NCBI GenBank assembly: GCA_963664435.2
Contig: CAXXKM010000001.1
Coordinates: forward strand, 1,280,001-1,344,000
Direction: 5' to 3'
Length of the DNA stretch: 64,000 nucleotides
Origin: Longimicrobiales bacterium
GTDB taxonomy: Bacteria; Gemmatimonadota; Gemmatimonadetes; Longimicrobiales; Gaopeijiaceae
Shown here one piece after another: positions 21,095 to 30,963 of this stretch. How positions within the stretch are numbered: position 1 is the first letter of the stretch; the number at the start of each line of letters is the position of its first letter. The notes beneath the pieces were generated by a model. It was not told the DNA's origin. It saw only the letters and a list, made by a program, of their open reading frames with translations, and searched no databases. The position numbers and the translations under genes are program-made.

Positions 21095-21439
21095 TTGGAA
21101 CTCTGGATCGCGATATCGGCCCAGCCGCTCCGGCTGGCACCCTTGGCGGGGCTGCCCCAGGGAGGGGGAGGCTCGGGCTTCGTCTTCTTCTTTCAGCTGA
21201 TCGCGATCATCGCGATCTTCTACTTCCTGCTGATCCGGCCGCAGCGCAAGGAGCAGAAGCGCCACCGCGAAATGGTGGCGGCGCTCAAGAAGGGAGACGG
21301 GGTGGTGACCGCGGGCGGGATCGTGGGCAAGGTGATTCACGCCCAGGAGCACCACCTCACCATCGTGACGGCCGAGAACACCCGTCTCGTGATCGAGCGG
21401 TCGAAGATCGCTACGCTCACCAACCCACGGGACTCATAG
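21095..21439 (+). CDS. yajC: Preprotein translocase subunit YajC
   Basis: IFYFLLIRPQRKEQK...LKKGDGVVTAGGIVG; follows tgt. Confidence 0.93.
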   Translation: MELWIAISAQPLRLAPLAGLPQGGGGSGFVFFFQLIAIIAIFYFLLIRPQRKEQKRHREMVAALKKGDGVVTAGGIVGKVIHAQEHHLTIVTAENTRLVIERSKIATLTNPRDS

Positions 21440-21451
21440 CCGCGCCCCGGC

Positions 21452-21970
21452 ATGGCACTGCGCCGGATCGAGCTGTACGGCAGCGAGGTGTTGCGGCGTC
21501 CGGCGGACCCGGTCGAAAACATCGATGACGAGGTGCGCGCGCTGGTGCGCGACATGTTCGAGACGATGTACGACGCGAAGGGCATCGGGCTGGCCGCGCC
21601 GCAGGTCGGCGTCTCCCGCCGGATCATCGTGCTGGACGTGGAGGAAGAGTCCGGCGAGGCGAACCGCGTGGCGCTGGTGAATCCCCGGCTGGCGAGCTGG
21701 ACGGCGAAGAAGGACAAGCAGGCGGAGGGGTGCCTGAGCATTCCCGGCGTGGAAGGCATCGTGCAGCGGCCGGTGTCGGTTGTGGTGGACGCCAGGGACC
21801 CGGAGGGTCGGGGCGTGCGACTCGAGGCGGAGGGCCTCTTCGCGCGCGCGCTCCAGCACGAGATCGACCACCTGGACGGCGTGCTCTTCGTCGATCGGCT
21901 GAGCCCCCTCAAGCGGCAGCTGCTGCTCAAGAAGTGGAGGAAGCTGCAGGCCGAAACCGCGGAGCCGTGA
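21452..21970 (+). CDS. def: Peptide deformylase
   Basis: GIGLAAPQVG, EGCLS, QHEIDHLDG. Confidence 0.97.
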   Translation: MALRRIELYGSEVLRRPADPVENIDDEVRALVRDMFETMYDAKGIGLAAPQVGVSRRIIVLDVEEESGEANRVALVNPRLASWTAKKDKQAEGCLSIPGVEGIVQRPVSVVVDARDPEGRGVRLEAEGLFARALQHEIDHLDGVLFVDRLSPLKRQLLLKKWRKLQAETAEP

Positions 21971-22914
21971 GGGTTCTCTTCTGGGGAACGGCGAGCTTCG
22001 CCCTCCCCTCACTTCGAGACCTGGCCGAGGCCGGTCACGAGATCGCGGGCGTAGTGACCCAACCCGACCGCCGCGCGGGCCGGGGGCGGCGTCCGCGGCC
22101 CACTCCGGTGAAGGAGGCCGCACGCGCCGCGGGATACCCGGTCTTCACCCCCGAGCGCCCGGGCCGCTCCGCGTTCCTGGCGCGTCTGCGCGGGCTCCGG
22201 CCGGACCTCTCGGTGGTCGCCGCCTACGGCCACTTCCTGAGCCGGGAGGCACTGGATCTTCCCGCCCGCGGATCGATCAACGTGCACGCTTCCCTTCTCC
22301 CCGAACTGAGAGGCGCGGCCCCGGTCCACTGGGCCATCGCGCGTGGCCACCCGGTCACCGGGGTCACGATCATGCGCATGGTCGAAGCCATGGATGCGGG
22401 CCCCATCCTGCACCAGGAGAAGACGGACATCCTCCCGGACGAGACCGCCAGCGAACTCTACGAGCGGCTGGCGCTGGTCGGCGGCCGCGGGATGGTGCGG
22501 GCCCTGGAGGTGATGGGCGAAGGCACCCTCGAGGAGCATCCCCAGGACCATGCGCGGGCGACCTTCGCGCCTCGCCTCGCCCGCCGCGACGCACGGGTGG
22601 AGTGGTCCCGCCCGGCGGAGGAGGTGTCCCGCTGGATACGCGCCATGGACGCGGTGCCCGGAGCGTGGAGCGAGCTGGAGGGCAGCCCCCTCAAGCTCTT
22701 TCGCCCGCGCGTGCCCGGAGGCGATGCGCCGGACGGATGTGAGGGACCGGAGCCCGGCACGGTGATCGCGGCGGACCCCGTGCAGGGGTTCCTCATCGCA
22801 ACCGGGGAAGGCTCGCTGGAGGTGGGAGAGGTGCAGCCCGCCGGCAAGCGGCGCATGCCCGCCCGCGACTGGCTGCGTGGCCGGGCTGCGAGGCCGGGGC
22901 TGCGGTTGCGATGA
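21967..22914 (+). CDS. fmt: Methionyl-tRNA formyltransferase
   Basis: VVTQPDR, NVHASLLP..RGAAP, MDAGP; GTGA overlap with def. Confidence 0.95.
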   Translation: MRVLFWGTASFALPSLRDLAEAGHEIAGVVTQPDRRAGRGRRPRPTPVKEAARAAGYPVFTPERPGRSAFLARLRGLRPDLSVVAAYGHFLSREALDLPARGSINVHASLLPELRGAAPVHWAIARGHPVTGVTIMRMVEAMDAGPILHQEKTDILPDETASELYERLALVGGRGMVRALEVMGEGTLEEHPQDHARATFAPRLARRDARVEWSRPAEEVSRWIRAMDAVPGAWSELEGSPLKLFRPRVPGGDAPDGCEGPEPGTVIAADPVQGFLIATGEGSLEVGEVQPAGKRRMPARDWLRGRAARPGLRLR

Positions 22915-23531
22915 TTCCCCGGCTGCACGTCGTCACCGACGACCGCGTCCTGGCGCGGGCCGACTTCGCTGCGGGGGCCCTCGAGGCGCTGGAGGCGGGG
23001 GGCGGGCGGATCGCACTGCATGTGCGCGGGCCGCGCACCTCCGGCCGCACGCTGTATCGGGCCGCCGCCGGCCTGGTCCGCCCGGCGGCCCGAACCGGCG
23101 CCTGGCTGGTGGTCAACGACCGCGTGGACGTGGCGCTGGCGCTGGGCATCAGCCGGGTTCACCTGGGCGGCCGGTCGATGCCCGCGGGGGTCGCCCGCCG
23201 CCTTCTCGGGCCGGATGCCCGCGTGGGTCGCTCGGTTCATTCGGCCGCCGGGGCCGGTGGGGATCACGGCCGGATCGATTATCTTTTTGCCGGCGCGGTG
23301 TTCGCGACGCCGTCCCATGCGGGGATGGCGCCGGGCGGACTCGGGGTGGTGCGGGCCGTCGCGGCTGCAAGCTCCGCACCCGTGGTCGGCATCGGCGGCA
23401 TTACCGCCGGACGGGCGGCGCAGGTCCTCTCGGCCGGCGCCCGCGGGGTGGCGGTGATCCGCGCCGTTTGGGACGCGCCATCGCCCGGGTATGGCGTGAG
23501 GTGTTTTCTGGACTCGTGGCCCGAGGAGTGA
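22911..23531 (+). CDS. Thiamine-phosphate synthase / thiazole tautomerase (ThiE/TenI family)
   Basis: VNDRVDVA, HLG, GRSVH, VFATPSH, GIGGI, GVAVIRAV; HVRGP where ThiE has QxRxK. Confidence 0.8.
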   Translation: MIPRLHVVTDDRVLARADFAAGALEALEAGGGRIALHVRGPRTSGRTLYRAAAGLVRPAARTGAWLVVNDRVDVALALGISRVHLGGRSMPAGVARRLLGPDARVGRSVHSAAGAGGDHGRIDYLFAGAVFATPSHAGMAPGGLGVVRAVAAASSAPVVGIGGITAGRAAQVLSAGARGVAVIRAVWDAPSPGYGVRCFLDSWPEE

Positions 23532-23542
23532 CGACCGCCGGT

Positions 23543-23755
23543 ATGGACGCCAGGGTGACCATCCGCCTGAACGGGAAGGAGCGGGAGGTGGCCGCGGACA
23601 TCACGGTGTCCGGCCTCCTGGACGAGCTGGGGCTGGTGCCCGGGATGGTGGTCGTCGAACGCAACGGGGAGATCCTCGCCCGCGAAAGCTACCCCGACGT
23701 GCGCCTGAGCGAGGGCGACCGGCTGGAGCTGGTGCACTTCGTGGGAGGCGGATAG
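23543..23755 (+). CDS. thiS: Sulfur carrier protein ThiS
   Basis: IRLNG, VVERNGEI, C-terminal VHFVGGG. Confidence 0.95.
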   Translation: MDARVTIRLNGKEREVAADITVSGLLDELGLVPGMVVVERNGEILARESYPDVRLSEGDRLELVHFVGGG

Positions 23756-24586
23756 ATGTCAGTAGATACCAGTTACGGCGGCCGAAGCGAAGAGGCGGTG
23801 ATGTCGACACATGGGAGCGCCGACACCCCGTTCGTGGTCGGGGGCAGGGAGTTCGATTCCCGCCTGATCGTGGGGACCGGCAAGTATCCGGACAACGAAA
23901 CCATGGTGCGGGCGATCCGCGCCAGCGGCACGGACATGGTGACCGTGGCCGTGCGGCGGGTGGACCTCGACCGCACGCGGGAGGAAGGCATCCTCCACCA
24001 TCTCGACCCACGGGAGTTCTTCCTCCTCGCCAATACCGCGGGCTGCTACACGGCCGAGGACGCGATCCGCTACGCAAGGCTGGCGCGCGCAGCAGGCTTC
24101 AACGAGTGGCTGAAGCTCGAGGTGATCGGTGACGAGACGACCTTGCTCCCGGACACCCAGGCGACGCTGGAAGCCGCCCGGGTGCTGGTCGCGGAGGGGT
24201 TCAAGGTGATGGCCTACACCAACGAGGACCTCATCACGGCCCTTCGTCTGGAGGACGCGGGGTGCGTGGCGGTGATGCCCCTGGCCAGCCCCATCGGCAG
24301 CGGGCTCGGGCTGCTCAACCCGTACTACGTGCGCGCGATCAAAGAACGCTGCGACGTCCCCATCGTCGTGGACGCCGGGGTGGGCACCGCCTCCGACGCA
24401 TGCCTCACCATGGAGCAGGGGGTGGACGGGGTGCTCATGAACACCGCGATCGCGGCGGCGCGCGATCCAGTGCGCATGGCGGCCGCGATGAGGGATGCGG
24501 TGGTCGCGGGGCGGATCGCCTACCTGGCGGGCCGCATGCCCACGCGCGAAGTGGCGGTCCCCTCCTCCCCCCCGCTGCCGGGGTAG
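23756..24586 (+). CDS. thiG: Thiazole synthase
   Basis: SRLIVGTGKY, TVAVRRV, NTAGC, KLEV, MPLASPIGSG, DAGVG; alternative start 23801. Confidence 0.96.
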   Translation: MSVDTSYGGRSEEAVMSTHGSADTPFVVGGREFDSRLIVGTGKYPDNETMVRAIRASGTDMVTVAVRRVDLDRTREEGILHHLDPREFFLLANTAGCYTAEDAIRYARLARAAGFNEWLKLEVIGDETTLLPDTQATLEAARVLVAEGFKVMAYTNEDLITALRLEDAGCVAVMPLASPIGSGLGLLNPYYVRAIKERCDVPIVVDAGVGTASDACLTMEQGVDGVLMNTAIAAARDPVRMAAAMRDAVVAGRIAYLAGRMPTREVAVPSSPPLPG

Positions 24587-24602
24587 CACGCGCGGCCGGC
24601 GA

Positions 24603-25913
24603 ATGGGCGCGGGCGGATCGCGCGATGCCAGAAGGGTCGCCTTCCGGGTGCTGCGCGCCTGCACCCGGGGTCAGCGCCTGGACCGCGCCCTCGACACGCG
24701 CGCGCGGGCCCTGGCGCCCCGCGACCGGCACTGGGTGCACGCCCTCGCCTACGGGGTGGCGCGGCTGCGCGGCCGTCTCGACTACATCATCGCCCGGCAC
24801 GCGCGCCGGGGACTCGAGCGCCTCGACCCGGAGGTCCTCGACCTGCTGCGCATGGGCGTGTACCAGCTGCACCACATGGAGGGCGTACCCTCGTATGCGG
24901 CGGTGTCGTCCACGGTGGAGCTGGCACGCGCGACCGGCGCGGGACGGGCGGCGGGGCTGATCAACGCGGTTCTGCGCGCCGCGGCGCGCGCGGGGTCGCC
25001 CGCGGACGCCTTCCCCACCCCCGCGACCGACCTCGAGGGCTACCTCACGCACCGGCACTCCCATCCCCGCTGGCTGGTGCGACGCTGGCTGGCGCGCTGG
25101 GGAAGATCCGACACCGAGGCGCTCGTGCGACATGACAACGGGGTGCCGGGGCTCTTTCTTCGCCCGGTGGGCATCGAAGCCGAACCCGCCCGCGAGCGGC
25201 TGCGGGCCGCCGGCATGACCGCCACCGAGGCCGGACTCGGTTGTGGTTGTCTGCGTCTCGCCGCCGGGACCGACCCGGCGCGCGCGCTCGAGGCCGTTCC
25301 CGGCGTCATCCAGGACCCGGGCGCCGCGCTGGTGGCGCGCTACGCCGCCCCGCCGCCGGGCGCCGTCGTGGCCGATGTGTGCGCCGCGCCGGGGGGCAAG
25401 GCGCTGGCGCTCTCGGAGCAGGCCGGATACGTGGTGGCGGCAGACCTCTCCCTGCCCCGCCTGAAGCTCGTGACCGCGTCCGCCTCGCGTCTCCGGACCC
25501 GCGTGGGCGCGGTCGTCGCGGACGCCGGCTCCGTACCGGTGCGCCGGGCCGACCTCGTCCTGGTGGATGTGCCCTGCAGCGGCACGGGCACCCTGGCTCG
25601 CCGACCCGACGCGAGATGGCGCCTGACCGGGAAGGATCCCGCGAGGCTGGCCCGCGTCCAGTCCCGGCTCGTGGCGGGCGCATCCCGTGCCGTTCCTCCG
25701 GGGGGACTTCTGGTGTACTCCACGTGTACATTGGAGCCAGAAGAAAACGACGAAGTCGTGGAGGGATTCCTGAGCCGGCATCCCGAATTCCGCCTGGAAG
25801 CTCCCGGAGACATGAATCCTCAAATCCTGGACGATCGCGGCCAACTGCGCGTCCTTCCGCAGCGCACGGGTTTCGACGGCGCCTTCGCGGCCCGCATGCG
25901 CAGGGCCCCATGA
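24603..25913 (+). CDS. rsmB: 16S rRNA m5C967 methyltransferase RsmB/Sun
   Basis: NusB-like N-terminus (INAVLR), SHPRWL, QD, DVCAAPGGK, DVPCSGTG, YSTCTLEPEEN. Confidence 0.92.
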   Translation: MGAGGSRDARRVAFRVLRACTRGQRLDRALDTRARALAPRDRHWVHALAYGVARLRGRLDYIIARHARRGLERLDPEVLDLLRMGVYQLHHMEGVPSYAAVSSTVELARATGAGRAAGLINAVLRAAARAGSPADAFPTPATDLEGYLTHRHSHPRWLVRRWLARWGRSDTEALVRHDNGVPGLFLRPVGIEAEPARERLRAAGMTATEAGLGCGCLRLAAGTDPARALEAVPGVIQDPGAALVARYAAPPPGAVVADVCAAPGGKALALSEQAGYVVAADLSLPRLKLVTASASRLRTRVGAVVADAGSVPVRRADLVLVDVPCSGTGTLARRPDARWRLTGKDPARLARVQSRLVAGASRAVPPGGLLVYSTCTLEPEENDEVVEGFLSRHPEFRLEAPGDMNPQILDDRGQLRVLPQRTGFDGAFAARMRRAP

Positions 25914-26809
25914 GGCTGGGGAGCTCCATCGGTCGGCGCAGGCCGGCCCGCGGGGGACGCCGGAAGGGCCGCTCCAGGGGAAGGAAGAGACGCCGCAGCG
26001 CCCGGGGACGGCGTGCGGCCGGCGCCTTCAAGCGCGCATTGGGCGGCACCGTCCTGCTGGCCGTGATGTTCGGTGTCGGCTACCTGGTCGCCACCCGGGT
26101 CATGTTTCCCGTGCCCGCTCCGCCCCCGGACCTGCTGGGAGTGCCCGATCTGACCGGACTCGACCTGGAGCGCGCTGCAGCCCGCGCGCAGGAGGCGGAG
26201 CTCGCGCTGGGCGCGGTCGACTCGATGTATCACCCATCGGCCTCCACCGGATCCATCCTGGGTCAGAGCCCGCTGCCCGGCCAGCTCGCCCTTCCGGGAG
26301 CGGCCATCGAACTCGCGATCAGCCTGGGCCCTGAACATCGAGCCGTTCCCGACATGATCGGCCAACACGAGCGGAGGGCGCGCGTCCTCCTCGGCGCGAA
26401 CGGCTTCTCGGTCGCCGTGGACTCCATGGAGGCCGAGGCTCCCGCGGGCGAAGTGGTCGCCATGGAGCCGGAGGCGGGAACCGGTGTGAACCTGCCCTTC
26501 GAAGTGCGGCTTGCGATCAGCCTCGGGCCCCCGATGGTGGAGATGCCGCTCCTGCTCGGGCAGAGCGAGGAGGAAGCATCGTACCTGCTCGATTCGCTCG
26601 GGCTCTTCGTCACCGAGATTCAGCTGGACGCGCTCACGGGATCGGGACCGGGCGTCGTGATCGAGCAGGACCCGCCCTCGGCGAGCACGGTGGAGCTGGG
26701 GTCGGAAGTGCGACTGGTGATCGGCGACCGGGCCCGGCTGCCGGGCGAGGTCCCCCGCCCCGATACCGCCGGAGCGCGGGAACAATCGCCATCAGCACGA
26801 AAACGATAA
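25910..26809 (+). CDS. Membrane-anchored PASTA-domain protein (3 repeats, no kinase)
   Basis: Arg-rich N-terminus, TM helix, repeats VPDLTG / VPDMIG / MPLLLG; GSILGQSP and GVVIEQDP. Confidence 0.85.
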   Translation: MRLGSSIGRRRPARGGRRKGRSRGRKRRRSARGRRAAGAFKRALGGTVLLAVMFGVGYLVATRVMFPVPAPPPDLLGVPDLTGLDLERAAARAQEAELALGAVDSMYHPSASTGSILGQSPLPGQLALPGAAIELAISLGPEHRAVPDMIGQHERRARVLLGANGFSVAVDSMEAEAPAGEVVAMEPEAGTGVNLPFEVRLAISLGPPMVEMPLLLGQSEEEASYLLDSLGLFVTEIQLDALTGSGPGVVIEQDPPSASTVELGSEVRLVIGDRARLPGEVPRPDTAGAREQSPSARKR

Positions 26810-26858
26810 GAGTGATAACGTTACAGGTTCGATCCGCTGGCTCCTGGAGGCCGCCGAC

Positions 26859-27416
26859 ATGACCCACAGACCTTCGCGCATCCCGTATCTCGTGGCAGTC
26901 CTGGGGGCGGGCGCGCTCATCCTCATGGCCTGGGCGGGACGGGGACGATTTCAGCCCGTCGGGCTGGGAGCCGACGCCCCGGCGTTCACCATCTCCAACC
27001 TTCAGGGCGAACCGGTTTCCCTCGACGACTACCGCGACCGGGTGGTGCTGGTAAACATCTGGGCTACCTGGTGCGGCCCGTGCATCGTGGAGATGCCCTC
27101 GATGCAGCGCCTTTACGAACAGCTTGAGGAGCAGCCGTTCGATATCCTTGCGGTCAGCGTGGACGCGGCTCGGGGCGAACCCGACGAGGCGGGCAATATC
27201 GGCGGCGACGTGGCGCGCTTCGTCCAGGAGCACGGGCTCACGTTCAAGATCCTGCACGACGCCTCCGGGCGGATCAGGCAGACCTACCGAACCACAGGGG
27301 TCCCCGAATCCTTCCTGATCGGCAGGGACGGGGTCATCTACAAGAAGATCGCCGGAGCTACGGAGTGGGATTCCCCGGAAAACCTGGAACTGATCCAGAG
27401 GCTGCTGGCAAGCTGA
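26859..27416 (+). CDS. TlpA/ResA family thiol-disulfide oxidoreductase
   Basis: N-terminal TM, VNIWATWCGPCIVEMP, GVPESFLI; GGAGG RBS. Confidence 0.92.
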   Translation: MTHRPSRIPYLVAVLGAGALILMAWAGRGRFQPVGLGADAPAFTISNLQGEPVSLDDYRDRVVLVNIWATWCGPCIVEMPSMQRLYEQLEEQPFDILAVSVDAARGEPDEAGNIGGDVARFVQEHGLTFKILHDASGRIRQTYRTTGVPESFLIGRDGVIYKKIAGATEWDSPENLELIQRLLAS

Positions 27417-27460
27417 AGCTGCCCTGGCAGGCACTCGAGTCGGGGCGCAAGTCGACCCCG

Positions 27461-28108
27461 ATGCTCGCCGCGCTTGCGCTTGCGGTCGTTCTCTGGGTCG
27501 TCGTGCAGATGGAGCAGCCGGAGCGCCGGGCCTTCGACGGCGTCCCGGTTCGCGTGCAACTGAACGATCCACAGTGGGCGGTCGCGGGCACCCCGGCGCC
27601 CACCAGCGCGACCGTGCGGCTGGCGGGCACCGCCCGTCAACTCCTGCGCCTCGCCGGAAACCAGCCTTCCATCATGGTCCCCGTGGATGCCGTGGGCTCC
27701 GCCGACACGACCCTCGTGATCGATCGCAACTGGGTGCGATTGCAGGGCATTGAAGGAGTGGTCGTCGAAGCCGTGGAGCCGGCGGCGGTCTCGGTCGCCT
27801 TCGAACCCATGGTCGCCGTCGAAGTGCCCGTCGCACCCACCGTGGTCGGCGTCCCGCGCAACGACTTGACGCTGGTTGCGCCCCCCACCGCATCCCCCTC
27901 TTCCATTCGCGTCATCGGGCCGGCAAGCAGGGTCGCGGAACTGCGCACCATCCGCCTCGACCCCGTCGACCTGTCTCGCATGGAGCAGTCGCAGGTGGTG
28001 CGGGTGGGCGTGGGCAACGGCATCTCGGGCGAGTTGATCAGCTTTTCCCCGGACACGGTCGAGGTGTGGGTCGAGCTGGCCAGCCGACAGGGGTCGCAGG
28101 GGCGGTGA
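27461..28108 (+). CDS. YbbR/CdaR-like protein
   Basis: ALALAVVLWVVV anchor followed by beta-rich repeats (PTSATVRLAG, PSSIRVIGP, PDTVEV); start uncertain. Confidence 0.7.
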   Translation: MLAALALAVVLWVVVQMEQPERRAFDGVPVRVQLNDPQWAVAGTPAPTSATVRLAGTARQLLRLAGNQPSIMVPVDAVGSADTTLVIDRNWVRLQGIEGVVVEAVEPAAVSVAFEPMVAVEVPVAPTVVGVPRNDLTLVAPPTASPSSIRVIGPASRVAELRTIRLDPVDLSRMEQSQVVRVGVGNGISGELISFSPDTVEVWVELASRQGSQGR

Positions 28109-29148
28109 GCGATCTCCTCGTTCTCGGCATCGAGACCAGTTGCGACGAGACTTCGGCGGCTGTTCTCCACGGCGCGCACGATCTCCGCTCGCACGTCATC
28201 CTTTCCCAGGACATGCACGCCGTCTACGGCGGCGTGGTTCCGGAGCTCGCGGCGCGGGCCCATCTCCAGGTGGTGGACGATGTCGTGGGGCGCGCGCTGG
28301 ACGACGCCGGCTGCATGCTGGCGGAACTCGACGGCATCGGCGTCACCGCCGGGCCCGGGCTGATCGGAGCCCTGCTGGTGGGGGTGTGCTGGGCGAAGGC
28401 GGCCGCGTACGCGTCGGGGGTCCCCGTCGTGGGCGTGCACCACATGGAGGCCCACCTGTTCGCGCCCCACATCGAGGATTCCGCCGCGGAACCGCCCTTC
28501 GTGGCCCTTCTCGTCTCCGGCGGACACACACTGCTCCTCCACGCGACCGCATGGGGAGAATACCGGCTGCTGGGACGGACCCGCGACGACGCGGCCGGAG
28601 AAGCGTTCGACAAGGTGGCGCGCCTGCTCGGGCTGCCGTATCCGGGTGGAGCTCCGCTCGAGGCGCTCGCGAGGGAGGGGGATCCGGAGCGGTATTCGTT
28701 CCCGCGGCCGCTGCTCGCATCGTCCGGAAAACCGGACCGGGCGGAGTCCATGGACTTCTCCTTCAGCGGGCTCAAGACGGCCGTTGCGACCCAGGTTGCC
28801 GCACTCGAGGCGAACGGTGGCCTCAACGCCGAACGCGCCCACGTGGCCGCGTCCTTCCAGGCGGCGGTCAACGACGTTCTTGCGACTCGAACGGCGCAGG
28901 CGGTGGAGCGTACGGGCACCGACCGGATTCTGGTGGCCGGGGGCGTGTCGGCAAACAGCGCGTTGCGCCGGGAGTTGCGCAGGCGGCATCCCTCCGAAGT
29001 CCGGCTCTTTCACGCAACGCCCCGGTTGTCGGTGGACAACGGGGCCATGGTCGCGCGTGCGGCCGCCTTTCGCCTGGGCCTGGGCGAAAGCTCGGACCTC
29101 GATCTCTCGGCCGACGCCTCGCTCCCCTTCCCCGGCCTGCGCGAATGA
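28105..29148 (+). CDS. tsaD: tRNA N6-adenosine threonylcarbamoyltransferase TsaD
   Basis: LGIETSCDET, GGVVPELAARAH, HHMEAH, VSGGHT, DDAAGEAFDK, FSFSGLKT, DNGAM. Confidence 0.97.
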   Translation: MSDLLVLGIETSCDETSAAVLHGAHDLRSHVILSQDMHAVYGGVVPELAARAHLQVVDDVVGRALDDAGCMLAELDGIGVTAGPGLIGALLVGVCWAKAAAYASGVPVVGVHHMEAHLFAPHIEDSAAEPPFVALLVSGGHTLLLHATAWGEYRLLGRTRDDAAGEAFDKVARLLGLPYPGGAPLEALAREGDPERYSFPRPLLASSGKPDRAESMDFSFSGLKTAVATQVAALEANGGLNAERAHVAASFQAAVNDVLATRTAQAVERTGTDRILVAGGVSANSALRRELRRRHPSEVRLFHATPRLSVDNGAMVARAAAFRLGLGESSDLDLSADASLPFPGLRE

Positions 29149-29236
29149 CGCCCGCCTCTCCCGCAGCCATCCATGGGCCGGCACGCCCGACGCCTCGGCG
29201 CGCCGGCCCGACACCACCCTGAACCCACGGGGAATC

Positions 29237-30097
29237 GTGTATCCAATCCTGTTTCGCTTTCCCGAATGGGTGCCGTTTCTCGGCGGAGAACCGGTCACCT
29301 CCTTCGGGGTCATGCTCTTTCTCGCCTTCCTGGCCGCCGGCTATCTGCTGCGCGCGCGGATGAGCGAGACCGGCATCCATCCCGATCGTGCCTGGGACCT
29401 CGTGTTCGCCGCGGTGATCGGCGGGATCGTCGGAGCCAAGCTCTACTACGTATTCCTCAACTTCCCGAGGCTCGTCGAGAATCCGCGCTTTCTGTTCGCG
29501 CGCGGCGGGCTGGTCTGGTACGGCGGCTTCCTCGGCGGGACCCTGGCGGTCCTGTACCAGATGAGGCGACTCGGCCTCCGCGTGCCCCGGACGCTCGACC
29601 TCTGCGCCCCGAGCATGGCGGTGGCGTACGCGGTGGGGCGGCTCGGGTGCTTCCTGGTCGGGGACGACTACGGCCGCCCGACGGCCTCGTGGGTGGGGAT
29701 CCGCTTTCCACAGGGTTCACCGCCAAGTTCGGTGGACAACCTGGCGCGTTTCGGCATCGAGGTGGATCCGGCTCTGGTGGAAGCCTACGGGCAGATCGTG
29801 CCCGTTCATCCCACCCAGCTCTACGAGATCGCCATGGCGATGGTGATCTTCGCGATCGTCTGGCGCCTCCGGAACACCGCGCATCCCCCCGGGTGGGTGT
29901 TCGCGCTGTGGCTGTCGCTGGCCTCGGCCGCGCGCTTCCTGGTCGAGTTCGTGCGCGCCAAGGACGACCGCTTCCTGGGCAACCTGACGGTCGCGCAGGT
30001 CATCAGCCTCGCACTGATCGCGGCAGCGGTGACGGCGATGGTCCGTCTCGCGTCCCGGAACGGTGGATCGCACCCAAAAACGGCGAGGGCGCCGTGA
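29237..30097 (+). CDS. lgt: Prolipoprotein diacylglyceryl transferase
   Basis: YPILF, GGLVWYGG, GRLGCFLVGDDYG, HPTQLYE, RFLVEFVR. Confidence 0.93.
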   Translation: MYPILFRFPEWVPFLGGEPVTSFGVMLFLAFLAAGYLLRARMSETGIHPDRAWDLVFAAVIGGIVGAKLYYVFLNFPRLVENPRFLFARGGLVWYGGFLGGTLAVLYQMRRLGLRVPRTLDLCAPSMAVAYAVGRLGCFLVGDDYGRPTASWVGIRFPQGSPPSSVDNLARFGIEVDPALVEAYGQIVPVHPTQLYEIAMAMVIFAIVWRLRNTAHPPGWVFALWLSLASAARFLVEFVRAKDDRFLGNLTVAQVISLALIAAAVTAMVRLASRNGGSHPKTARAP

Positions 30098-30963
30098 GCG
30101 GTCGCGGCCGCGCGTTCACCATCCTTCACGGCTCGGATCTGCACTTCGGGCGGCCGCACGCGCCTGCCGCGGCCAAAGACTTCCTCACGCTGGCGCACTC
30201 CCTCTCGCCCGACCTGGTCGCCCTATCGGGCGACTTCACCCAGCGCGCCAAGAACCGCGAATACGAGGCGGCGGCCGCGTACCTGAAGCGCCTTCCACAG
30301 GTCCCCCTGGTGGTCACGCCCGGCAACCACGACGTGCCCCTGTACCGCCTCTGGGAGCGCGCTTCCGCCCCCTTCCGCAACTACCGGCGCTGGATCGCCA
30401 GCGAACTCGACAGCGAACACGACCTGGGCGGGGCGGTGGTGGTCGCACTCAATACCACCAGGCCCGACCGCGCGATCGTGAACGGCAACGTCGACGACGC
30501 GCAGCTGGAACGCGCGGCGGCGGCGTTCGCCCGCGCCGGAAACGGCGGCCTGCGCGCGCTGGTGGTGCACCACGCGCTGGTCGGCGCGCCCGAAGGGGAT
30601 CACATCGCGCCCCTCCCCGGCGCCCGGCGCATCGTTCGCCGGCTTGCCGGGATGGGCGTGGAGCTGGTGCTTTTCGGCCATCTGCATCGCGCCTTTGTCT
30701 CGGAGGGCGTGCCCAACGGCGCGGCGGACGGGGATGCTCCCGTGCTGCTGGTGTGCAGCGGCACCACGGCGTCCGACCGGGGACGCGGATGCGAGAAGGG
30801 CAGGAACAGCTGCAACCTGGTGCGGGTTGCGAACGACAGGATCGCGGTGACCCGCTATCTGCGGTCCTCCGCGGCCGACGGCTTCCGGCCGGCTGCGCGA
30901 GAGACCTTCCCCCGGCGCGACGTCGCGCACCCACGGTCGCCGGGTATCGCGAGCAGCGCGTGA
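30094..30963 (+). CDS. Calcineurin-like metallophosphoesterase (CpdA-like)
   Basis: SDLHFG, SGDFTQ, PGNHD, HH, GHLH. Confidence 0.9.
   Translation: MSGRGRAFTILHGSDLHFGRPHAPAAAKDFLTLAHSLSPDLVALSGDFTQRAKNREYEAAAAYLKRLPQVPLVVTPGNHDVPLYRLWERASAPFRNYRRWIASELDSEHDLGGAVVVALNTTRPDRAIVNGNVDDAQLERAAAAFARAGNGGLRALVVHHALVGAPEGDHIAPLPGARRIVRRLAGMGVELVLFGHLHRAFVSEGVPNGAADGDAPVLLVCSGTTASDRGRGCEKGRNSCNLVRVANDRIAVTRYLRSSAADGFRPAARETFPRRDVAHPRSPGIASSA

Noticed and set aside
26790..26830. AT-rich patch with the palindrome TAACGTTA before tlpA
   Set aside because: Only an 8-bp palindrome. It may be part of a promoter, but it is too short to support a specific call.
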